Both the position numbers and the translations under genes were made by a program. A stretch of DNA of 64,000 nt from an uncultured Desulfospira sp. (lineage in GTDB: Bacteria; Desulfobacterota; Desulfobacteria; Desulfobacterales; Desulfobacteraceae), in the NCBI GenBank assembly GCA_963663165.1, contig OY760175.1, positions 6,112,001 to 6,176,000 on the forward strand, written 5' to 3'. This document shows positions 9,467-17,230 of the stretch, one piece after another (position 1 is the stretch's first letter; the number at the start of each line of letters is the position of its first letter). The notes beneath the pieces were generated by a model. The model saw only the letters and a list, made by a program, of their open reading frames with translations. It was not told where the DNA came from and searched no databases.

Positions 9467-9845
9467 ATCCCCGCCGGGGAAATTGTGTGACGACTTGACC
9501 TGAAGAGCCGCAGAACTGACAATATGGTTTGATTGGAAGGCCCTGAATCTGAAACAAAATCCACAATATTATTGTCCTACACCAAGCAGGCAGCACTGTG
9601 GAAGCTGTATCATCCATGTTTTTTGTCTCTTGAATTTTTTTTCGATGCCGACGCCGGTTCTCGGCTTCCCGATGCCGTCTTTTCCCCTTCTCGGTCTGGC
9701 GGTATCGTCGCTGTGCTTCTCTTTTGTTTCTGAGGATTCCGGCCTTACGGCAGTCCCTGCAACAATAGGCCTGCCCTCTCCAGCAGAACCTGCAAACAAA
9801 AAATACGAAATGGCACCATCGGCATGTATTTGGAATTAAAAGCAT
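9459..9845 (-). CDS. Cys-rich (putative Zn-binding), basic accessory protein
   Basis: CxxC...CxxCxRGQxYCCxxC, an Arg/Lys-rich helix and a C-terminal CxxC. The stop overlaps the next gene's start. Confidence 0.7.
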   Translation of the reverse strand: MLLIPNTCRWCHFVFFVCRFCWRGQAYCCRDCRKAGILRNKREAQRRYRQTEKGKRRHREAENRRRHRKKIQETKNMDDTASTVLPAWCRTIILWILFQIQGLPIKPYCQFCGSSGQVVTQFPRRGYG

Positions 9846-9852
9846 TTTAGAT

Positions 9853-9970
9853 TTTTCCGGTATTGCAGATAACCGGAAAATGATATAGAAATATAACTGT
9901 GTGTGTGGGCTTCTCCGGCTATCGACGGGAGTTCACAATCAAAGCCCGGAGGGGCTACTCCGGGCTTTTT
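9853..9970. promoter_or_regulatory. Cluster of three hairpins in the leader of the five-gene RIT-like operon
   Basis: TTTTCCGGT/ACCGGAAAA (9853-9880), an imperfect stem at ~9905-9936, and AAAGCCCGGAG/CTCCGGGCTTT (9941-9968). Confidence 0.5.
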
Positions 9971-10232
9971 CTATGCATATGATTTGGAATTATACGAATA
10001 AAATGAAAGATTTGAAAAATCTTTTTGAATAAAAATGAATAAAACTCACAACATAATCAAACACGCTACATAATTGGAGATTATCCTTATTTTCAATTCC
10101 GGAAGGGTGCAATCCCATTTAGTGGCATGAACTGACATGTATCCAATTTTTCCGTTTTTCATGCTGCATTGAATACTCTGCCCTCCCAAAAAAAGCTGGA
10201 CTCCTGGCTCATGAAAGGTTATATAGATTTGC

Positions 10233-11105
10233 ATGAGCAGGACTTTAACCATTCAAGGACGTGAATTTTCAGAAGTTGATATACAAACGATACGCCATTT
10301 GATTAACGACAATCCCGCCTGGCACCGCACTCGTTTATCCAAAGAATTGTGTGCTCGCTGGGATTGGCGCACGGAAAAAGGTCTGCTCAAGGACATGGCC
10401 TGTCGAAGCATGCTGAGAAAACTTGAGCAAAAAGGGATGGTCACACTTCCCGTTGCCCGTCATAGCGGTAACCGTCAGCGGCGTATTCCCGATGTCCCCC
10501 ATGATTGTAAGCCGATAGAAACCACTTTGCGTAAGATCCGCCCGATACAATTGATACCGGTATCGGGCCGTGGAGATATTGATGATTTATTCCATTGCCT
10601 TATGGATCGACATCATTACCTTGGGTGTAAAGGGTATGTCGGAGAACATATGAAGTATATGGCTTTTGATCGCAATTCTCGTCCGGTTGCCTGCCTGCTT
10701 TTTGGCTCAGCAGCATGGAAAACGGCCCCTCGTGACCGATTCATCGGTTGGGATAGGTCGGCTCGTCGCAGGAACCTGCATATGACGACCAACAATACCC
10801 GATTTTTGATTTTGCCATGGATTCGAATTCCCCATCTTGCCAGTCATATTCTGGGTTCATGTCTTAGGCGGCTGAGCCGGGACTGGACAGCTAAATATGG
10901 TCACGATATCTGTCTGGTAGAAACTTTCGTGGATCGATCACGCTTTGCCGGAACTTGCTACCAGGCGGCAAATTGGCAAAAAATTGGTCAAAGCAAAGGG
11001 CGAAGCCGTCAAGACAGGCACCACAGACTTCAGGTGCCGATAAAAGACATCTATGTATACCCGTTGACTTCCAATTATAAAAAGCAGCTATGCACACAAA
11101 CTTGA
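10233..11105 (+). CDS. DUF4338 (DruA-like) domain protein carried inside the IS
   Basis: HHYLG, GSAAW..APRDRFIGW, NNTRFLILPW..IPHLASHIL, ETFVD..RFAGTCYQAANW...G...GR.R.D and KDIYVYPL. Confidence 0.85.
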   Translation: MSRTLTIQGREFSEVDIQTIRHLINDNPAWHRTRLSKELCARWDWRTEKGLLKDMACRSMLRKLEQKGMVTLPVARHSGNRQRRIPDVPHDCKPIETTLRKIRPIQLIPVSGRGDIDDLFHCLMDRHHYLGCKGYVGEHMKYMAFDRNSRPVACLLFGSAAWKTAPRDRFIGWDRSARRRNLHMTTNNTRFLILPWIRIPHLASHILGSCLRRLSRDWTAKYGHDICLVETFVDRSRFAGTCYQAANWQKIGQSKGRSRQDRHHRLQVPIKDIYVYPLTSNYKKQLCTQT

Positions 11106-11162
11106 GGGTTTCAGTCATCGAAATGACAGGTAATTTTTCAACCTGCAATTCGAGGACTGATC

Positions 11163-12563
11163 ATGAAACTTGCTTCCACTATAAGGGATATTCGAACCCT
11201 TCTAACAAAAGCCGTAGCTGATTTCCAAAACCATCAAAATGCTAATATCCTGTGTGAGCAGGTACGGAACGGCCTCTTCATTATTGTGGAAGCATTTCTG
11301 GTTCCCGTCATTGAAAAGGCACTGTCTGACCCGGATCTTTTATCTGAACTGAAAATTGGTGCCGGTAAAAAGGGACTGCGTTTCAACGGATACCGCCCCA
11401 GCAGCATTCGATTATTGACAGGAACTACCCTGAGCATCCGATCCCCTTACTTTTCAAAAGTTGTTTCCAAACAACGGCCAGGCCCTAAAACAAAAAAACG
11501 ACAAAAGGGGACAGGCCGCCATTTTGGGCTTGATTACCTTGGTTTTATCGGCAGGTGTTCAACGCTGTTCGCTTCGTCGGTGGTCCATGCAGCATTGCTC
11601 TGCCCCTCTTTTGAAATTGCCCGAAGATCCCTGGAAAACCATGCAATCAACTTAAATGTCAAAACCATACGCCGCATAACAATGAATCTTGCACAGGAAG
11701 CTATGCCCCTGCGTGGCCGGGTATCTTTTGGAGATACTGATCGCGTTGGTGGCAAAACGGTTCTGGTTTGTATCGACGGCGGTCGCCTTCGAGAACGGAG
11801 GCCAAAACGGGGACGTAAATCAAAAGGCCAAAAGCGGCAGGGATATCATACTGAATGGAAAGAACCCATTCAGTTTGTCATACATATTGTCGATCCGGAC
11901 GGCACAATATCCAAAAAACACTTGCCGGTTTATGATGCCACAATGGGCGGTATTGATGCCGCTTTTGATATTCTTGAGATCTACTTGCGTGAATTAGATA
12001 TTCCCAAAGCCAAGCGTGTTGTTTTCTGCTGTGACGGTGCACGTAGCTATTGGAAGCGAACAGGCCCGCTGGCCAAACGGCTTGAAATCGAATCCTATTA
12101 TGAGGTAATCGACTACACCCATGCAAAACAGAATTTACATGAAATCGTGGACAAATTGCCAAAGAGAATCCCTATAAAAGAAAGAAACCGGATAGCAGAA
12201 TCTTGGAAGAACCTCCTTTGGGATGGCAGATTCAAAGACCTTAGAAAAGAAATTGTAAAACACATTACGTACCCTAAAAGGCGCATAGAAGCACTATCCA
12301 AATTTAAAAGTTACTTCGTGAAAAATCGAAACAGAATGCAGTATCGCCAGTTCCGCAGCCTGAAAATACCTACTGGCAGCGGCTGTGTTGAAAGTGCAAT
12401 ACGTCGGGTTATAAATCTCAGAATGAAATCACCGGGTATATTCTGGAAACCGGAAACATCCGAATCAATGTTGTTCTTAAGGAGTCAGCTCCTTTCCGGG
12501 AGGTGGAACATCTTGACTGACAATATCTTCATACAAATTCGGTCACTTTGCTTAGGCCACTAA
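11163..12563 (+). CDS. DDE transposase, ISKra4/ISLre2-like
   Basis: VCIDGGRL (D), FCCDGARSYW (D), IDYTHA (DxxH) and GSGCVESAIR (E). The stop codon lies inside the right TIR. Confidence 0.88.
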   Translation: MKLASTIRDIRTLLTKAVADFQNHQNANILCEQVRNGLFIIVEAFLVPVIEKALSDPDLLSELKIGAGKKGLRFNGYRPSSIRLLTGTTLSIRSPYFSKVVSKQRPGPKTKKRQKGTGRHFGLDYLGFIGRCSTLFASSVVHAALLCPSFEIARRSLENHAINLNVKTIRRITMNLAQEAMPLRGRVSFGDTDRVGGKTVLVCIDGGRLRERRPKRGRKSKGQKRQGYHTEWKEPIQFVIHIVDPDGTISKKHLPVYDATMGGIDAAFDILEIYLRELDIPKAKRVVFCCDGARSYWKRTGPLAKRLEIESYYEVIDYTHAKQNLHEIVDKLPKRIPIKERNRIAESWKNLLWDGRFKDLRKEIVKHITYPKRRIEALSKFKSYFVKNRNRMQYRQFRSLKIPTGSGCVESAIRRVINLRMKSPGIFWKPETSESMLFLRSQLLSGRWNILTDNIFIQIRSLCLGH

Positions 12564-12850
12564 ATGGGAATGCACCCATTCCGGAATAGATGGCTTTCTT
12601 TTACAGGCGATTGCCCTGACCATGTCCACTAGGTCCACAAGGGGAACAAAAGCCAACAGTCATGATGGATTCTTCTCATGGGGCCCAGACCTTTGACTCG
12701 AAATCGCTATCGACCTCAAGAACCGTTCGATAGCGATCCCGATCGCGACAGTGAGGGGAGTCCCCGATATTTTTAATGGTATAGATTGATCAAGCGGTAA
12801 TTGTTTGACGTTCGCCTGTCCTACCGACCCGGCACAGGTTCACCACACAG

Positions 12851-12894
12851 AAAAAATACGGGTTCGAACCCACCGCCCGGGGATTCGAACCCGT
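12851..12894 (-). terminator. Rho-independent terminator of the 12924..13310 gene
   Basis: Stem ACGGGTTCGAA/TTCGAACCCGT, followed on the minus strand by T6. Confidence 0.65.
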
Positions 12895-12923
12895 CCGTAC
12901 TTGTTAAAAAAATCTAAAAGGGT

Positions 12924-13310
12924 TTATATTTTAAAATCCTTTCCCATGCATATCAGGCCCACGCATCGCCAATCCTTGGGATGGGCTGTGTGCCCGGGCA
13001 AAATTTTATGTTCCAGGACCCCGGCATTCATTTTTTCATAAACCAGGAAACATTTGTCTTCAATGGGCCGGATATTTTTCCCGGAAACCAGCAACGCGGA
13101 TGTGCCTGAAAAATTTTTTCTTAACAGCTTCCCCTTTCTTGAGAACTCCTTGTAACTGCCGTTGCCGTTTTGAATGTACTTATGCCCTGTCTTCACATCA
13201 ACATAGCTTAAGGCCGTTGCCCGAAGGGTTTCTTCCTGGCCGGCCCATGAACTGAAAGCCGGGATAATAACCAGTGCTACAATGATCATTCGGATAAGCT
13301 TTGCCATCAT
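12924..13310 (-). CDS. Hypothetical exported protein
   Basis: Signal-peptide-like N-terminus (..ALVIIPAFSSWA), with RBS AGGAG upstream. Confidence 0.65.
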   Translation of the reverse strand: MMAKLIRMIIVALVIIPAFSSWAGQEETLRATALSYVDVKTGHKYIQNGNGSYKEFSRKGKLLRKNFSGTSALLVSGKNIRPIEDKCFLVYEKMNAGVLEHKILPGHTAHPKDWRCVGLICMGKDFKI

Positions 13311-13431
13311 TTTTCTCCTTTGTTTTTGAAAGAACCTTTAATCGCCGTAAATTCTTTCATTGTCTGTTGCGGGCAGATCCTGGTTTAACCACCAGGCCGG
13401 CCCGGATTCGGCCCTTCAGGGAACGGCCGTT

Positions 13432-14184
13432 TTACGAATTTATGTTCTGCCCAATTTTTATTTCGCCGGATTCCAAAGCCTTGTAATATGATTTGAGCAA
13501 GCGGACATCCATGGGAACGGTAAATACCCGGACCCCTATGAAACCAGGCTTGAGATGATATCTATAAAGGGCGCCTTCCCGGAAAACGACGATATCGGCG
13601 GATGTTCCAATGCTGTCTTTTTTAACCTGGGCGATCAGGGCTCTGGCATGAATGATTCTGCGGCCCTTATAGGTAATGATGATGTCATCGGGTTCAAGTC
13701 CGGCGTGCTCTGCCTGGGTCTCTTTCATTACGGAGCTGATCTCCACGGCGGTCCCTTTAAATCGCAAAGGAACCGTGGAATCTGAAACAACCGGGATTTC
13801 GGGCGCCGGATCCGGCCCCACTGGTGTTACCACCGGAAAAACAGCCACCCGGGTTAAGCGGTCCCGGTGAAAGGTGAACGCGCAGTTTTGTATGTGGGCG
13901 GTTTTGAGAAGTTTCTGGATAATATCGGGCACAGATCCTGAGCAGGACAGGGAAACCCGTTTTTCCATTTGATCATCAAATCCAGTGAACGTAACGGCAA
14001 ACCGGCTTTTTAATTCAAGCAGAACCTGGGCAAGACAGGCATTGTCTGCCTTAAGGCGAACTGCCGGGGCTTTTCCGGATAACGAAACCCCATTTGAAAG
14101 CACGGTGTTGGCTTCGGTGATGCGGCCGCCAAAGACCCCTGTTCCGATCAGGGCAAATAAAAGAATACATTTAGATGAATTCAT
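13432..14184 (-). CDS. Exported PDZ-domain protein
   Basis: Signal peptide; VEISSVMKETQAEHAGLEPDDIIITYKG...VVFREG; RBS GGAGG. Confidence 0.75.
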   Translation of the reverse strand: MNSSKCILLFALIGTGVFGGRITEANTVLSNGVSLSGKAPAVRLKADNACLAQVLLELKSRFAVTFTGFDDQMEKRVSLSCSGSVPDIIQKLLKTAHIQNCAFTFHRDRLTRVAVFPVVTPVGPDPAPEIPVVSDSTVPLRFKGTAVEISSVMKETQAEHAGLEPDDIIITYKGRRIIHARALIAQVKKDSIGTSADIVVFREGALYRYHLKPGFIGVRVFTVPMDVRLLKSYYKALESGEIKIGQNINS

Positions 14185-14428
14185 TTTTCCCTCCTGGTGT
14201 CGTCATTTACAAACATAGACGGGAGGGCTCAGGATTTCTTACAAACCAGGCCGGTTTTTTCTCAAAGGGTATATATCTGTTGCTGGAATTTTAAAGCGGC
14301 CGGGTGCTGGAAGGCCCGGGCGTGAAGAATTGGACCAACCGCTTAAAGAAAAACCGGCTGGCGTCTTATGGCGGAAAGGGTGCTGCTGGGTTTAAATCCG
14401 GACTGGCATACGGCAGCTGATCTAAAAT

Positions 14429-16149
14429 TTAAACAGGCCGTTGAAAGGCCTTAAGATCCTGCCGGTCCAGTTTCTGAAGTTCGCTTTTGGCATAGGCATA
14501 TCCTGCCTGAATAATGGCCTCCATGCTTTTGAACTCAAAAAAGCCAAACTCATGCACCGGGGGGCAAAAATACAGGTCAGCCTCCTTTTTAACCTGTTCC
14601 TTTTTGTAAAGGCTGGCAAGCATGGTGGACCGGACAAGAATGTCCAGGATGGTGGGATCACCCGAAGTGTTGGCAAAGGGTGAAATTTTTTGTAATGCCG
14701 TACGCCACGGGGATATCACCTGAGGGGTTACGGCCATGTTGTCACTCAGGCTCACATCTACGGCGATGAGTTCCCCATGGTTTATTCGTTTCATGATATC
14801 CCCTGGCAGATTGTTCAAGACCGCACCATCCACCAGTAAATCTGAATCTTTAAGCCAGGGGCGGAAAATACCGGGCAAAGAGCCGCTGGCCCGTAACGCT
14901 TTCCACAAAAGACCGGTCTGGTGGATCAACGGACAGGCCTGGGTCAGGTTGCTGGACACACAAAAGAAATTAATGGGCAAATCTTCAATGGTTTGAGCGC
15001 CAAAAACGTTTCTGGAGTTTCTGTTCACCCGGTTCCCGCTTAACAGGGAATAAACAGGAAGCGTGTAATCGTTTAAAGGCCGGGTCTGGATCCAGGCGGC
15101 CCGGTTTTTTTCAATAATGGTGTTAATATCCCACCCCATGGCATACTGGGCCGAAATAATGGCCCCAAAACTGGTTCCCCCCACAATGTCAATGGGAATC
15201 CCGGCCTCCTGCATGGCCTGGATGACCCCAATATGGGCAAGCCCCTTTGCCCCTCCGCCGCCCAGCACCAGTCCCACGGCGCTGTCAGTGATAAACCGGG
15301 CCAGCCGTTCCATATCCCCCTTTTTTTCAGGGCAGATATGATGGTGCCGGCTTACTGTCCGGTTGGCAAGCCAGTCCCTGGTTTTTTCAGGACGCTGCCC
15401 GGTTTCATGAAAAAGAACCAGGGTCTGATCAACCAGGGCCTCTTTTTTGCGTTTATCCTGAAAAGCCAGTTCAATGGGACCAGGTTCGCAGGGCCCGCCT
15501 GCCGGGGCCACCCAGATAATATGATCGGCCCTGTTCATCACCCGACGGGTCCATGGGGAAAATTCAAGGTCTGTTTCAAAAAGAATAAACTGATGTATGG
15601 CCTCTTGTTTTTCAAGCCATGCATCCAGACTCAAAGACCGGGGATCGGTCCGGCCGGCTTCGGAGATCCCCCGGGCACCGAGCAGGTCATCTACTCTTGG
15701 GCTTGAAAGATGAAGCACCGGGCCAAAGGGGTCTAAATATGCTGAAAGGCTTTTAACAAAGGAAGAAATGGGAAAAGGCGTTCCCGCCGGGGCTAGGCCA
15801 CCTTTTTAATCCGTCTGGCAGGTGTCGGGCATAAGCTTTGATTTTGAAGGCGTTTGATCAATACCTTCATCAGTCTTCGATTGACAATGGGGTACTTGTC
15901 CATGATGGTGAGAAAATCATTTTTTGTAAACCGGACCAGAAGGCTGTCCTGAATTGAAAATACCCCGGCTGAGCGGCATTCTTCTGAAATGACACCCATT
16001 TCCCCGATACAGTCTCCCCGGACAATTTTCCGCAAAAAGATTTTTCCGGGGATAAACACCTCAAGCCGTCCTTGTTTGACAATAAAAATGCGGTCTGCCG
16101 GATCTCCCTGGTTGAAAAGGATTTCCCCTTCTTTGAGGGTAATTTTCCT
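14429..16149 (-). pseudogene. cNMP-binding + patatin (NTE/RssA-like) phospholipase, frameshifted at ~15795 and lacking a start codon
   Basis: Patatin motifs GGGGAKG, GTSFG and DGA in 14429..15718. cNMP domain LKEGEILFNQGD...IGEMG..RSA in ~15793..16149. Adding one base at ~15795 restores KKVALAPAGTPFP continuity. An in-frame TAA precedes the cNMP domain. Confidence 0.75.
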
Positions 16150-16334
16150 TTATGTACAAATAGTTACGTGATTTTTTTGCTCTATCTTGAAGGAAATTTA
16201 TTGTCAAGGAATTACTTTAGGGGATTTAAATTTTAATTGCCGCTTAACAATTGTAGAAAATTTAAAATTATGGTTATTATACCGCGGTATCATTCGAATT
16301 TTGCAGGAAAACTGATGGGCATTAAAAGGAACTG

Positions 16335-17072
16335 ATGATGGACTATGACAGCCTTCTTGAACTGGTACAAAAAAGACGAAGTATCCGCCGGTTTAAACCG
16401 GATGTGATCCCCGATGAACAGATTGAACAAATTATTGAAGTTGCCCGATGGGCACCCTCGGGATACAACATGCAGCCATGGGAATTCGTGGTTGTCAAAA
16501 AAAAGGAATTAAAAGATAAAATTGTCGAAAACATTAATTTTTATCTGTCCCAGATTCCTGAAATGGAAAAATGGCGTGAGCCCTGGCAGGGAAGGCCCTG
16601 GAAGGCAAGCGGCCTCATCAATGCGGAAGGGGATTATTCTGTGGCCCCGGTATTCATTATCCTTTACGGTGATCTGCGCACCCGGGCCGGCCTTCCCATG
16701 GGGGTCCGCTATGAAAAGCAGCGCCAGGATCTTATTTTTACATCCAGCCTTGCCAACGCGTTCATGTATATGCATCTTGCCGCAACCACCCTGGGCCTTG
16801 CCTCACAATGGATATCCGGTATTCAGAACGCCTATGCCAACATTGCCGTCAGGGGGCTGTTGGGCATTCCGCCTGAAATGGTCATATTTGATATGATGGC
16901 GCTGGGGCAGCCCGCATTGAAACCCAGTGAAAAATTTATGAGGGACCGTCGCGAGATCGTCCACTATGATGACTGCGGCACCGATGATTTCCGGTCTGAT
17001 GAGCAGGTCAGGGAATTTGTCAAAAAAGCCAGAAGCTGGAATATCGGGGTGCATCAACGGAAAAAAGGGTAG
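16335..17072 (+). CDS. Nitroreductase family protein
   Basis: RRSIRRF, ARWAPSGYNMQPWEF, LAATTLGLASQW. Confidence 0.92.
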   Translation: MMDYDSLLELVQKRRSIRRFKPDVIPDEQIEQIIEVARWAPSGYNMQPWEFVVVKKKELKDKIVENINFYLSQIPEMEKWREPWQGRPWKASGLINAEGDYSVAPVFIILYGDLRTRAGLPMGVRYEKQRQDLIFTSSLANAFMYMHLAATTLGLASQWISGIQNAYANIAVRGLLGIPPEMVIFDMMALGQPALKPSEKFMRDRREIVHYDDCGTDDFRSDEQVREFVKKARSWNIGVHQRKKG

Positions 17073-17075
17073 AAA

Positions 17076-17125
17076 CGGAGACCGGAAGACGGGAGACTGG
17101 AAGAAAGGAGACCGGAGACCGGAAA
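17076..17125 (+). repeat. Heptamer (GGAGACN)n array; related arrays at ~3612-3642 (-), 37209-37241, 42136-42166 (-), 48816-48845, 50054-50086 and 63775-63805
   Basis: Repeated ggagacc/ggagact/ggagacg units, mostly just after stop codons. Confidence 0.75.
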
Positions 17126-17230
17126 TGGCGAGTCCTTTGTTTTATTTTCATGCTCTTGCTCAAATTCGATAGAACAAGATTAAGAGCAAGAGCATGGGCA
17201 AGATGGGGGGGAGACGGCCAGCGGTTTAAT

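Larger units (their letters stand above)
5956..10073 (-). mobile_element. RIT-like (recombinase-in-trio) element extended by two upstream accessory genes
   Basis: Three overlapping tyrosine recombinase genes. Inverted end motifs TTATGTTGCGAG (5956-5967) versus CTCACAACATAA (10045-10056) and CGCTACATAA (10064-10073). Confidence 0.75.
10105..12577 (+). mobile_element. ISKra4/ISLre2-like (IS256/Mutator superfamily) insertion sequence with a passenger gene, 2473 bp
   Basis: 22-bp TIRs GGGTGCAATCCCATTTAGTGGC (10105-10126) and GCCACTAAATGGGAATGCACCC (12556-12577), with 1 mismatch. 9-bp TSD ATTCCGGAA at 10096-10104 and 12578-12586. Confidence 0.92.

Noticed and set aside
10233..11105. Complete Druantia anti-phage system
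   Set aside because: Only a DUF4338 gene inside an IS is present. There is no DruE helicase or other dru genes.
12858..12894. GGTTCGAACCC / GGATTCGAACCC looks like a tRNA T-loop or attachment site
   Set aside because: There is no cloverleaf, D-arm or acceptor stem. The two motifs are simply the arms of a terminator-like hairpin.
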